Below are positions 22,753-36,700 of a DNA stretch of 64,000 nucleotides, piece by piece. Source of the DNA: Mytilus californianus (lineage: Eukaryota). Positions within the stretch are counted from its first letter, which is position 1; each line of letters opens with the position of its first letter. Under the pieces are notes generated by a model. It did no database searches. It was given only the letters and a program-made list of their open reading frames with translations, and was not told where the DNA came from. The DNA is taken from NCBI RefSeq assembly GCF_021869535.1, contig NW_026262723.1, positions 83,514,001 through 83,578,000 of the forward strand. Direction: 5' to 3'. A program made the position numbers and the translations under genes.

Positions 22753-23193
22753 TATAAAACGCGACTACAAACACTGGCATAACGAACAAGTTAAGTAGGA
22801 CTTCGTGACATTCTGAAACCGAAATTGTTGACAAAACGAAGATATTTGATTCTTAGGACGTAAAATATGTGTACATTTCAAAATTTGAAGCTGTTTTTGT
22901 AATTTATAATAAATTTTGGTCAAATCACCTTTTTTCCACAATCAATATATCTTTTATTAATTATACTTTTCTCATAAATATTATTGCCATACTTAAGATA
23001 TTTAAGCTGCTGACAAAATGTTCATTCATTCGTGTCTTTTTTTGCTCCAATGCTGTCTACAATACTTCAGAAAACAATTTCATATAATAGGACTAAATAT
23101 CAATACTTTGTTTGTGACACCGATGGCTTACTGTAGATATTATATTAGATTTTATCAAATGATATGTAACAACTAACAATTACTCTACTTTAG
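22753..23193 (+). promoter_or_regulatory. Candidate TATA box, non-coding first exon and 5' UTR intron of the dehydrogenase
   Basis: TATAAAA at 22753-22759; possible donor GTAAAA at 22860; acceptor tactctactttAG ending 23193, 8 nt before the ATG. Confidence 0.45.
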
Positions 23194-23201
23194 CCAGAGA
23201 G

Positions 23202-26200
23202 ATGACCACCACTATTCCAAAAACTATGAAAGCTCTTGTGAAAACGAAAGAAGGTAGTTCTTTTGAATACAAGGATGTACCTGTTCCTGAGCCTAAAGAT
23301 GACGAAGTCTTACTTAAAGTAGATGCAATTTCAGTTTGTGGATCCGACATATCTTTGTACATGTGGAATGAAGTTGCAAGAGTTATAGCCACGGTGCCGT
23401 TTATACCAGGACACGAATGTGCAGGAACAGTTGTTAAATGTGGACCAAAAGCCGACATCGCTGTAGGAACAAAAGTTGGAGTTGAGAACCACTACTTTTG
23501 TGGAAGTTGTTTCCAATGCAAGAATGATTGTCGTGAAATTTGTAAAAACATGGGACAGTTTGGACATGGCAAGAAAACGGAGCATGGTGCATGTTCAGAG
23601 TATACCATAGTCTCAGCGAAGTATTTGTATCAGCTTACGAGAAATTTAAGTAAGTGGAAAAAACACCCACTTATATCCTATATATTGACCCTTAGATTAA
23701 ACGTTCTAAATATAGTCCATTTATATAGTAACAGTTGATAAAGTTTTTACATTTAAATCTCGCTGGCCTCTTGGTTGGCAAAATAGTATATTTTCGTGGC
23801 TAAAACTATTTAAAATACCTATAACAGTTACTATTGAAAATAAATCAGTTTAATTTAATAAAATAAAATCAAATAATTTTATTGGTGTAAATTCCAATAC
23901 AGGAATGATACCAGCTGACATTTACAAAATACAAAAACAAAAATAAACAACAAAAAAAGACATATACAAAGACATTTTTTCTCAATGATAAGAGACGCAT
24001 ATTTTATAATATAACTACATTGCGTGGAGGTATTATTCATAATATGTGCTATCAAGCTATTACAATAAGCGTTAATACTATAACAGTTCTCAACAACATT
24101 ATGTTTGCTTTATTAAAATAAATGTTCTTATCATGCATATCGCTTATTCCAGCTACACATACATTACATATGTCAGTAACATTACTTTTACTTTAATATG
24201 ACTTTGAGGCACTTTACACACAAAGCTAGATTTCGTTTTATATCGACACACAATTTCAGAAAACAAAAGAACAATTCCGTAGTTCGTGAAATTGAAGTAC
24301 ATGAATACCAATACAAACATATTTTTAGATATCAACTGAGTTACTGCCGTCTGATAGTATTCAAATAATAAAAACCTTTTTTTTTTTTTCATAAAGTTGA
24401 CAATTTTTACATCCACTTCATTTGTACTTTGGTGGATATATAGTTTTCTCATTGGCAATCATACCACATCTCCTTATTTTTATATTATACACTAAGTCTA
24501 TAAAATATCTTGTCACTGAAGCACGCTGTGTTGAAGCATCGGGGTGGGGACCCTTAGTAATATCTGTTCATAACATAAATTCACGAATGCGTATATTTTA
24601 AGGACCATTCTGTTTTCCCAGATTAGCATTTCATATGCCTATGGTCTATCTTTATCGCTTTTCTTGTCAGTTTGGAATCATTAAAGACTTTACTTTTTGT
24701 TTAAGGTTTTTATGTGGGTTTGAGATGTATATTCTAGTATCCTGATCATGTGATGCAATTAATTATACATTGCTTACCGCCACTAGTAGACAATGGTTGT
24801 CTTTTGTATCAACTGTGAAAGGATAGATATAAGAAGATGTGGTATGAGTGCCAATGAGACAACTCTCCATCCAAGTCACAATTGGTAAAAGTAAACCATT
24901 ATAGGTCAAAGTACGGCCTTCAACGCGGAGCATAGGCTCACACCGAACAGCAAGCTGTAAAGGGCCCTAAAAATGACTAATGTAAAACCATTCAAACAGG
25001 AAAACCAACAGTCTAATCTATATAAAAAACGAGAAACACTTATGAACCACATCAACAAACGACAACCACTGAACAACAGGTTCCTGTACAGAATGGCCCA
25101 CATCAACAAACGACAACCACTGAACATCAGGTTCCTGTACAGAATGGCCAACATCAACAAACGACAACCACTGAACAACAGGTTCCTGTACAGAATGGCA
25201 TTGGGATAATTTCTTCATTAATTAAAAGCTTTTATAAAACAAATAAATGTAGAGTAAATTATTAACCATATTTCAGACGCGGATCAAACAGCTATGCTAG
25301 AGCCGCTAGGTGTGGCACATAATGCCGTTGAGAGATTAGATGTTGCAGGTGAAGATGCTCTTATCATCGGGTGTGGACCAGTTGGATTGTTAGCTGGAAT
25401 GGTGGCTAAAGCTGAAGGAGCTAAAAGGTGGTTTACTTAATTTATTCTATTGAACGAAAGATTGAACACGGTGTTTAAGGTTTATAGGAATTTCAGATTG
25501 ATTTGCATTCCATTTGACATCAGTAAGAGATTGTTCACAACACCACCATACAACACACACAAACAACCCCTACCATAAAGAAAAACTCATATGCAAAACA
25601 AGGACAAGCAAATAAACAATTAACAAAACATAAGAACAGAAAGAATAGAAATAAAAACAAAACAAAAGAGGCAATTAAATTTTCCAATAAAAGTCTTGAA
25701 TAAAAACTTTCTGAATTATTTTATAACAATGAGAATGAAATTTTCAGTTTGAATTCTTGGATTTTTTTCAAAATAATATACTGCTCGCGAAAAAAAAAAG
25801 AAACTGCATTTCTCAATATATTTCAAACATTAACTTTATATATTTGCAATTACGATAACTGAACAAGTTTATGTTTTTGAATGTTGCAAAGGTTGGCATT
25901 CATTCATTCATTCATATCTTTAATTCCTCACAAATGAGATTAAATGAACATGCAATTAGTGAATATAAGTAAATGTCATAATAACAAACAAAATATCAGT
26001 ATGAAAGCAAAAGGAATAAGGTAGATACATAATAGATAAATGATTTGTTTATACAAGCAACATTAAAAGTATTTATGCAGTAACATATCATGTATTGGCA
26101 CGCCTAATATCACTGTCTCAGAGATCGACTATATTCTGCTACACACTGGACAACAGTTTGAGAAACTGAACAGATTCATCCATGTTGGAAAAATGTGTCA

Positions 26201-29200
26201 GTGTCGACCGAGTAATACCGAGTAATATAACATTTGAAACAAGATTTCGTCGTCATACATGCTTAATTCACAGCAAAGCTGTACTGAACCTGTCTTTAAC
26301 CCGATTTAACCAATTGTTTAACTGTATCCTATCAACTGCACTATAAACGATAGACTTTCAAATTGTTCCATCTTCAATATAACCATAGATGTATAAACCC
26401 ATCTATGATATAACCAAGAAGGTAAATAACAAGTCCATACTGTTTTAAAATGTCAATGATATCAGTAATAAATCCATAGTGCTTCCTTTAAGTGTCTAAA
26501 AAGAATGTAAACAATCTGGTGAGGAATATTCTTTTAGAAAGAAAGGAAATGTCTAAGGTACACAGTTTTTGTAGGAATTTGAGTTTTCTTTTGTCAATTT
26601 ATCCTTACAATGACTACATGACATCAATGAATAAATACAGACATGAATATATGTATACACAGAGCAAAAGATGTACACTGATTACAATTATACTGATTGT
26701 ATTTAGCCAGGAGAGCACACATGGGAATTTATATATCTAATGAAGGTACACAGCTTTCTCAATTTAGATTTTTTGGTTAAATTCATAAGTTCCTTAATCG
26801 TCAATATATTTGGGCGAGATACATTCTTTTTCTCAATACATGTGTTTCTTTTTTCTGGCATATTTTTACTTCATAATATAATGAAACTCATCTCCAAGAT
26901 CTTTTGAATTACACAATTTACAAGTTCGTCTATCTCTCTGAATATTTGTCCATCTCCCTATCTCAATAGCTAATTTATGGTTGATGGTTCTAAAGTTGCG
27001 TAAAGTGTAAATATCGCGAAATTCTCTCTCAAAGACAAAAGTATCCTTAAAAATTCGATAATTTAATGTCTTCGAACATGCTTGCACATTTGAAAACCAG
27101 TGCATGTTTGTTGAAACTGGATCTTGGGGTGATCTTCTGATGGTATTCTTTAACCAAATGTCACTTATATGTATGTTTGAGATAACCACACAGAAGATAA
27201 TCCTGTTTCATTAAAAATAGATTCTGTATAATTTAACCAACTAAAATTTACATCATTTTCATTTGACAGCTTATGCAGTAGTTTATAAATGGTAGATGAT
27301 AATTTAGTTGGTTAACCACATACTGCAACTGTGTTGCAAAGTCAAGCAGATAACATTCTGCTGTACACTATAGCCAAAAAATTTTTTTTAATAAGAACAC
27401 ACATCCTATACTGTATCTGCCGTACCGATAGCCAGTTATGTAGGATGTGATCACCACAAAGACATAATAATGTTTGGTTATGTCTACAGTGTCCGTTAGC
27501 AAAGTTCTGTGTATCATTAGACATCAGATCTCTGTGAGCAGATAGACGCTAATTTATTCGTGGCTGCGCAATCTAGTGAAAATTAGATCTCCGCACTTGC
27601 TCACTTTTTATTCTTGGATAATGGTCGCTCGTTAATTAGAGATTAAAAAAATGATTTTACACCATATTTAAAAAAAATACCCACACAGTTTTCCTTCAAA
27701 TCAATATTTCACAACAATTGACACATTAAAACATGCATAGACATGCACACACCCTAAAAGTAAATATATGTTTAAGTAAATACAGACTCCCGGTGCCTCA
27801 GACGTTTCTAATTTATTGTGATCGCTTCCAAATTAAAGAATAGAACTGGTATTTTAATAGTATACATATATACGAGTACACAGCTCAACACGATGAAGAG
27901 CAGTGGACACATTTTCCTGGAAGTTACTCCAATAATTCCTGGAAGTGTTACTCCAATAATTCCTGGAAGTTACTCCAATAATTCCTGGAGTTACTCCAAT
28001 AACTAATCCAATTAAAACGTTTTTACACCTGTAACTTTGCCTTAAAATTTGTTGGTAAATAACTTATTGTATGATTTAACTACAGGCTAATTGGAGCAGA
28101 TATTGACCCGAACAGACTCGAGCTAGCCAAGAAAGTGGGATTTGACGTAACAGTCAATACCAAAGAAAAAGACCTGAAAGAGGTAAGACATAATTACCTA
28201 TATGATATTGTGAGTTTTTAACTATATGATATTGTGAGTTTTTAACTATATGATATTGTGAGCTTAAATCAGTCTCAAATGCTTTATATCTTTGTCTAGA
28301 TCTCAGTCTTAGAATTATTTTGGAACCTTTTTTCATTGTGTTCTTAACAGTGAATTTGCTTAGCTGAAACCACCTTACTTTTTACAGTTTGTTATGGAAT
28401 TTACAGAAGGTGATGGTTTTGGACGTGTTTGTGAATGTTCCGGAGCCCCTGTAATGGTTAATGCTAGCTTTTCTTTACTAAGGAAGGGTGGAACGATGGT
28501 TATGGTCGGACTACCTAAACAACCACTGCATGTAGAGAATGTTCTACAGGATATTGGTGAGCTATGTTGTGGAGACAGTTAGCAAAATGACACCTACTCC
28601 GAAAATAATGAGTCGCTTCATTTTATAAAGTGTGTAATTGTAATAAAGATTGTATATCTGCCCAAGTTGACCTTAGATTGGTTTGGTTCTTTCAGCCCTT
28701 TTAAAGGGTTTGATGTCCTAAAACCATTTATATTTGTGAGTTTTTAAACTTTTGTTGTCCTCGATCGCATTTGATTATGGTTATGAGCAAAGAAAGCAAT
28801 AAACCCTTACCTGTCCTTCCCTCAATACATGAATGTATGACTTAAACAATTTAAGAGGACTCTTTACAGTAACTGAATGACTTCTCAAATTTTCTAGAAT
28901 ATATACTGCCAAGAAAATCTTAAGTTGATTATTTTAGCATACTTATCGCAACCAAAATTAATAAAAACAGTAAGTTGCATATATAACTACGTCTTTTGAT
29001 CTCTGGTGGATAGTGGTATCATTGGCAATCATACCACTTCTTCTTTGTTTTATGTAAGAATCAAACAATCATAGCTATTTTTTAAGGAAAGATAATATAT
29101 GATTTGTTCTGAATGTATCATAATTATTGATTTCGTTGTAGTATTCAAGGCTTTAACTCTAAGAACTGTACACGGCAGACGTATATTTCACACATGGAGG

Positions 29201-29344
29201 AACACTGAAGCTCTCGTTGCGGACGGCAAAGTCGATGTAAACGCACTGATCTCACACAGATTCCCAATGTCGAAGTTTGAAGATGCATTCCAAGTATTGT
29301 TTAGTGGAAAAGGTTGCAAAATTGTGTTGTATCCAAGTGAATAA
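23202..29344 (+). CDS. tdh: Zn-dependent L-threonine 3-dehydrogenase-like protein (MDR family), 5 coding exons, 355 aa
   Basis: Exons 23202-23649, 25277-25427, 28086-28182, 28388-28556 and 29142-29344. All GT-AG, phases consistent, 1068 nt in total. Motifs: VCGSD, GHE, CxxCxxCx7C, GCGPVG, GADID, GRRIFHTW, ISHRFP, GCKIVL. AATAAA at 29348 and 29394. Confidence 0.9.
24830..25090 (-). repeat. SINE-like copy of the PLE 3' tail
   Basis: gaagatgtggtatgagtgccaatgagacaactctcc...gtacggccttcaac is the reverse complement of the tail ending at 18172/21940; a similar copy lies at 30820-31260. Confidence 0.8.
25041..25200. repeat. 51-bp tandem repeat, 3 copies
   Basis: Unit atggcccacatcaacaaacgacaaccactgaacatcaggttcctgtacaga. 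Confidence 0.9.
25899..27200 (-). mobile_element. Degraded LINE 3' fragments in dehydrogenase intron 2
   Basis: ORF 26866-27189 has NHKLAIEIGRW..RTCKLC..GDEFHY (LINE ORF2 C-terminus); (GAAT)n tail at 25899-25914. Confidence 0.65.
27927..28005. repeat. ~22-bp minisatellite, ~4 copies
   Basis: ggaagttactccaataattcct repeats. Confidence 0.85.
28197..28262. repeat. 24-bp tandem repeat, 3 copies
   Basis: ctatatgatattgtgagtttttaa repeats in dehydrogenase intron 3. Confidence 0.85.
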
Positions 29345-32300
29345 TTGAATAAATTAAAGAATTATATATAAAGGTGTAAACTTTTAGAAAATTAATAAAA
29401 TATGTTGAAATATCTTGTGTATTTACAGAGGAATCCAGAATTTAACAGACCCAATATTCAAGTGTCTTCTCAAACCTGTGGTAGTTTTTGTTACATCGAC
29501 CTTTAACCTGCTGACCCAAAAACAAGTTTAATTTCTTGTTCTTTTCAAAGGGGCATTTACAAGCTATTAAAGGTTGATGTAAGTTGGACATAGATTCAAA
29601 AGATATTATATTTTGGAAACAAAATGTTGTCATTATTTCGGTCTTTCAGTTGCTGCTGTGACTTTGACCCTCGACAAAGTAACTTGATATCAAAAGGTGC
29701 CTGTATCTACCCAAGGCGTATTATCCACAAACGTATCAGTTAAAATCTTATTAATTGCCGCGAAAAGGGCACTTTTTCCCAAGTTTCAGACATTGACCTT
29801 TGACCTACTGAAAAAAAAATAATCAAAAGATGGTCTTGTTCTTTCTTCGGGTCTTTTTCTTAGCTAAGTTTGGTGGAGGTTTGACATATGGTTCAAAATA
29901 TATTATTCGGAAAAATGCAATTTCAGTATATCTATTGCTACTCTGACCTTAAATAGGAATCTTGTTCATCCCATGAGGCACTCTCAAACTAATTTTGGTA
30001 AAAGTTGGACAAATGGCTCAAAAGATTACTGGAAACCGGCAACATTTTGTCCAAATTTTAGTGTTGTTGGTTTCAGATCCATTCCTTTAGTAAGAACTTT
30101 TGTCAGAGGCTTTCAAAGATATTCTTACAATTTTATCCAAAGATAGATGTTGTCTCGCTAGCAATCATTCCACATCTTCCTAATTTTTTTTATAAAGCTT
30201 TAATATCTAAAAGGTGACATTTTTGTATCATCTCCAGAAGCGACATGTACCGCGGTACAAATGTGGCAGTATGTATGACATAATATCCCTTTGCTGTGAG
30301 GTAATGTAAACCCGCCTGGTTACCTCAATGCAGACCAATGTGCATAATCGCCATGAAAAAAGGATGACCCATTTTGCCATCATAGGTTAAAGTGTCAACT
30401 AACAGAAAACCGACTACGCCACTGATGCAAATTTTATTTACCGGTACTCCAATTTTAATTTAAAAATCCACTGAATTAAAAATTCTATACTTTTATCAGG
30501 ATTTTAAACTTTTTCAATCAAGGAATAGTCTTTTTTTTTTGCGTGTCAATTCATACTGGCATCCACAGAAACACAGTTGTATACCAAGAGGCAAACAAAG
30601 ATCAAGTTTATCAATGTGATATAACATACACGGATTTTAGACCTATCATAAGAGAAAATTATTAGAATTGGGAGCAAACTTTCTACTAATAAATTACATG
30701 CAATTAAACCTGAAATTGTAAACACTTTGAATGATTTAACTAATAGAAAAAAGTGTGTTATTTCTAGGTGTCGAATCGAACACACTAAAATAACATCAAG
30801 TACACAGTTAGTATAAAAATAAGGAGATGTGGTATGATTGTCAATAAGACACATATCCACCAAAGTTCAAATGAAGTGGATGTAAGGAATTATAGTCAAC
30901 CGAATGGCCTTCAACAATGAGAAAAACCCATACCGTATATTTGGCTTTAAAGGGCCCGACAAGAAAAATGTGAAACAATTCAATTGAGAAAACTAACCGC
31001 TTAATTTATAACAAAACAATTTACGAAAAACAAATATGACCGACAAAAACCCACGACAACCACTGAATTACAGGTTCATGACTTGTGACAGGCACATAAA
31101 AAATGTGGCGGTGTGAAACATGTTTGGAGGCGCCAACCCTTCCCTAACCTGGGGGCAGTGGTGTAACGGCACAACACGAAAACAAATTTTACAAAACAAT
31201 AAACATAAAACAACAACAATCCATGACCACTCAATTACAGGCTCCTAACTTGGGACATACACGTTTTATTTTTAACAAAAAAGCTGAAACGCGCATTTAT
31301 TTGGCCCCAAACTGTGTTGATTCTAGTGCCAGTGTAAGTCTTATGTAGGAAGGATTTGCTTACCCTTCCGGAGCACCTAAGATCACTGCTGGTTTTTGAT
31401 AGAGTTGCTCAGTCATTAGTTATCCATGTTGTGTTTTGTGTACTGTTGTTTGTGGTTTGTCGTTTTATTGACATGGCATTGTCAGTTTGTTTTCGACTTA
31501 CGAGTTTGAATATCCCTTTGGTATCTATCTCCTCTCTTTTACTGCCTATTTTGACATAATAAAGACGCTTGGATTTTTACCAAAAGTTCAGATTGATACA
31601 TTCCCTGACAGATAACTTCTAGTGATTTCAATTGAATGCTACAAAGAAAATACGATATTATAAAGATGCGAAACGAAATATGCTATAGAAAGTATGTTAC
31701 ATTGTTTTTTTTACACTATTTTGCAGTTATATTATTCATGCCATTAATTAAATCATTTGCAAAGGATTAATTCTTAGCTAAAATTGGTGACTGAAAACAA
31801 CTTGAAACGTTCCTTTTATTTCTTGTCCATTCATAAGGACAAATAATTAAGTAAATAGTTCTGTTTTGTCATTAATTTGTGAAATTGTGCAGAAAAATAT
31901 GTATAATTTGCCATGTAATGGTGCAGAAGAGATTGAAATGGCCATAGTTGATAACATCTACGCCACTGGTGTTTGGTTGGTCTCAATAGCAATCATACCA
32001 CATTTTATGTTTTATAAAGCCGCAGTTTATTTTCTAAAGTGTGATGGTTTGGTCTCACCTCCAGGAGCGACATTGTCCCTGTGCTGTTAGTTAATTTAAA
32101 CTCACCAGGTCACCTAGATACAGATCGAGCTGTTAGAGCAAACTTTAACAAACTCTATGTGCATAATCGCCATCAAAACTGTTTGATTTTGATTCCTGAA
32201 GCTCTAAACCTTGACAACGCTAAAGACGCCGATGAAAATGTATTCACTCCAAATTTTTAATTAAAAACACACTGACTTAAAAATTCTATACTATTCAGGA

Positions 32301-32640
32301 GTTTACATATTCTCAATCAAGGAATAGTTTTTGTTTTGGGTGTCAATTCATACTGGCATCCACAGAAAGTAAACCAGGAGGCAAAATGATACCCATTGTC
32401 GCGAAACAGTGCTGTGACGCGACTTTTAATAAGAAATAAGCAATCAATCAGATCAATATTACTTAGTTCGTCATTTCAGCCATTGAAGCAAATGTAAAGA
32501 AAAAGAGAAGTAAAATAAGGTATCCCGTCTGCTGTCTGTATTATCTTCCAGAAATTTATTTCCGGAACAGTTATTGTACTTTCCAGGAATAGATGATAAT
32601 AGTAGGGATATGCTGCATTCGTCACAACGGTTTTAAATAA

Positions 32641-33185
32641 TAAAATTGAGAATGGAAATGGGGAATTTGTCAAAGAGACAACAACCCGACCAAAGAGCAG
32701 ACAACAGCCGAAGGCCACCAATGGGTCTTCAATGCAGCGAGAAAATCCCGCACCCGGAGGTGGTCCTCAGCTGGCCCCTAACTAAAATTGTCTGCTAGTT
32801 CAGTGAAAATGGACGTCACACTAAACTCCAAAACATATAAATGAACTAAAATTAAAAAACATACTAGACTAACAAAGGCCAGAGGCTCCTGAATTGGGAC
32901 AGGCGCAAAAATGCGGCGGGGTTAAACATGTTTTGTGAGATCTCAATCCTCCCCCTATACCTCTAGCCAATGTAGAATAAAGAAACACATAGCAATACGC
33001 ACAGTTAAACTCAGTTCAAAAGAAGTCCGAGTCCGATGTCAGAATAGGTAACAAAAGAAACTAAGCAAATTGACAATGATACATAAATGAACAAAGGACT
33101 ACTAGCAGTTACTGACATGCCAGCTCCAGACCTCAATTAAACTGATTGAAAGATTATGTCTTCATCATATGAAAATCAAGTACAA
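32641..33185 (-). repeat. Retroelement 3' tail fragment of a related PLE-like family
   Basis: Shares the core aacatgtttaaccccgcc...gcctgtcccaa.tcagga with 17890-17940 but has a different 3' end. Confidence 0.65.
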
Positions 33186-33724
33186 TAAATAAGTATGCAT
33201 AATAACCACAAAACCACAAAAGCGTCCGACAAGTTACTAGTATGCAACAATTTAAATTCAAAGAAAAACACAATTTGTCAATTATTAAAAATACTTTAAA
33301 GACATACACCATACCAATGTACACCTAAATCTGTTCATACTATCTATCTTCTATTGTATAAACAAGATGTATCATTTATGATATTTGTACCTTTTGTTTG
33401 GATTTATGTCCGTCTATAAAATATAGAAAATTATAACATTGTTATTACAACTGGGAAGTTAACAAGCGGGACAAACGCATAATTTACACAATATTGCTTA
33501 TTTATGACCAACCTCTATGGGACCTCTCACCTTTCTTTTTTTTATTTAAATCCAAGTTCAGTCTTTCATCCGTGTGACAGTGGGGATTCGTTAGCGTTAT
33601 GCAGTATGAATTGTAAAGTAAATATATATAAATTGCATAATTTAAAATACTGCTTTCACGTAGGACAAGTCTAACCCACAGGAAACGCTTTACCTGTTTT
33701 CCTAAAGGATATTGACATCCAATT

Positions 33725-36700
33725 ATGAGTTTACCTAGAGGGGTCGTAAGAAATGAAGATTATTTAGGACTTAAAAGCGAACTTCTCCGGAATAACAAAC
33801 TATTTGTGGATCCTGATTTCTCACCTAGTACATCATCACTTACATTCTCTGGCTTTCAGCCTCGGATTTCAGGAATACGGAGCGTTATTTGGAAACGTCC
33901 CAGGGTGAGTAGCATTTGTTGACATTGTCTTGCTAAATCTTATGAACAGGTGATGAACTAAATGTATATGGTTTTATTTGTCAATATTATAGTTATCGAA
34001 ACTTTACGGGATATTGCACTATATAAAATTAGTTTATTCTCATGTATATATACTAGTAATCAATATCTATATATATCAACATTGGTAGATTTAAACCTTG
34101 GAAGCCTTAAAGAGATTGTAATCAATAATTCGCCGGTGACATATGAGTTTTTTTATGAATCGTTTCAGTAAATTTCTTCCTCGTTTTATAATGGTTCAAT
34201 TGTTAATTTCCGAAATGAAATCGTTATAATATATAATGAACGGAAACAAAAATAAGGAAACTTTATACTTTTGTAAGTTTCCATAACAAAATTGCAGCAA
34301 ACATTGTACTTTCTATGGTGGCTTTGCTATCAGATTTTACATTGCAAAAATTTAATTATTGATATGTGTCATTGACAAATAAAAATATTATAACTATATA
34401 TCAGATGAAACGAAAAACTGGTTTCGTCTATGATAAACCAGTAATAGTATGGATGTCTCAATGTAGAATCTGCTCAAAGTAGAACTTACATGTAAATGAT
34501 AACAAAACAAAACAAAAACTACATTCTACCAGACAATAATTGCTGCCTTGTGCCAGATTTAAGTCTAATTCAATAGCCAGATGTACAGATCGACAGACGT
34601 TTAAATAATTAATTTGTATTGCACCTGAACTAAAGATTTTTTTTTCAGGTTTTTCAGACATTAATTTTCAATATAAAAGTGAGGTTATAACAAACAAACC
34701 AGCATAAATTTTCTTTATTGTCAAACCTATTTTCTATTCATTTTTATTCGAATGTTACCGATTTTCGTTGATTTCGTGGCTATAGGAAACACGAATGAAA
34801 TGTTCAAATAACTTTAGATTGTCTGTAGTTTGCATACTAACATTTTCAAAACCACTAAATCAAATATCCACGAAAATACATTTTTCCCCATTCCACGAAT
34901 ATACATTTTTTCCCCAATCCACGAAAATACAATTTTTCCCCAATCCACGAAAATACATTTTTTTCCCAATCCACGAAAATTGGTAATAACGAAAATAAAT
35001 GAATCCACGGTATTGCTTTAATTAATGCCAAAAAACAACGCGTTGGAAATACAACCTCTTAGGAGGTAGCTAGAATATACACATAAAGCACTCTACCTTC
35101 CTTACAAAATCGACATCCGATTTCTTTTTATTTTTTTATCTGTTGAAGAATCCAGACATCCATGGGTCACACACTATAATACCATTGTGTATTTTGCTGA
35201 TTGGTTTATTGATTGTTGAATATTTGAAGTCCAGTGACAATTATTTCATGCATTTTCAGGACGAGTGGTTTCTTGAAAATAGCATTTTTTTTTACTTCGA
35301 CATTTGTAATCTATGCATATTCAGACGGTACATCTATAAGATATATATAAATATAGCCAGGAAAAAAATAACTTTTTATTGTTTTGTATCAAAAGAGCTA
35401 CATACCAAGTTTATGTTTTATGTCACACCTTTCAATAGGATGTTAAGGTATACAAATAAAGGTCACGTTATCTATTGATCTTTTTGATTTTCGTTTACTA
35501 TAAAGCAAAATGTATATTATACAAATCATTAACATTCTTTGCAAGTCCTTTGTTTTTTAAGTCCATATTTTTCAAAAAAATATTTTTTAAAATGTCGACG
35601 TTATTGCCGACTATGCACATCACAAATTGTGACGCAAAAATAGACTTTGCCGCCCACATGTAATGCGGCGTTCACACATTGCCGATTATGGCTCCCGTTT
35701 GAGATCAGATAGCGCTAAGACACGAAAAGTTTAAAAATCGGATCACTATCCTCATTGATCTGGAATGTCCTAACATTGTCTTAACGAAGTCGTATAGGTT
35801 CGTAACAGTTTCGTACGGATCGGATATGGTCCGGAGAGGTCGGCCAAGCACACCGAGAGGTAGGTGCGTCCCGTAACATTCGGGGAAACTCAGCCGATTT
35901 TGTCTAGTCGGAAAACAATCTTAACTATATCGTGACAGATTCTGATGTATCGTATTGAAATCGTAACCACGTTCTGTGTTTTCTGGACGTTGTCCTCTGG
36001 AACGTGCGTGATCTGGAGAAATTTGTCATTGCTGTCATTTTGCCGATTGAGTCCAGATTGCATCCAGATCTTGCTGAATGCGAACCGTCTCTGCCGAAAC
36101 CGTTGCGGAAAAATCACGTTATTGATACGAAATTCGACAATGATACCCACGTCAGAGTCCCGACACTGAATTACAGAACACAATACGACTGAGTCCAGAT
36201 AAAGCCGTGTGCAATGCAGTACAGCAGGCTGTGGTAGGATTGCATTCCGACAGTACCTGATCATCCCGAATATGGCGACAGTTTTCTAACGGATATTTTC
36301 CGTCAGCGTCGGTTCACTGTCTGGTCACTGTCTGATGATCTCTGTCGGATCACATTCGGTAAAATCGGGACGCTGTCGGGTCAGATTCGGTCGTTTTGTA
36401 CCATGCAAAAGATACAAATCGGATTAGAATCGGATTAGAATCGGATTGAGAACGGGATAATCGGGACAAATTCGGTTGGAAACGGCTGGATTTGGACGCT
36501 TCCTGAACAATATCTGATTGTTGTCGTGATTCAATAAATGTTTTTACAAATTATAATTAAAGTCTGAATTTCCTGCCACGATTCACAGGATCTTGATCAG
36601 ACTTTTGACAAATTTTAATCGGGAATGGTCCTGTCAAGGACGGCAGTAAAAATCGTGAATGTGTGACCCCAGCTTAACTGCAAAATGTCATGAAAATGTC

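Noticed and set aside
34420-34445. Hammerhead-like motif (cagatga...actggtttcgtctatgataaaccagt)
   Set aside because: No CTGATGA/GAAA core in the correct order on either strand; it is only a short hairpin.
35890-36264. Overlapping ORFs inside the Harbinger-like element as transposase or Myb-like genes
   Set aside because: Short, with no DDE or other recognisable motif; the higher GC content explains the longer ORFs.
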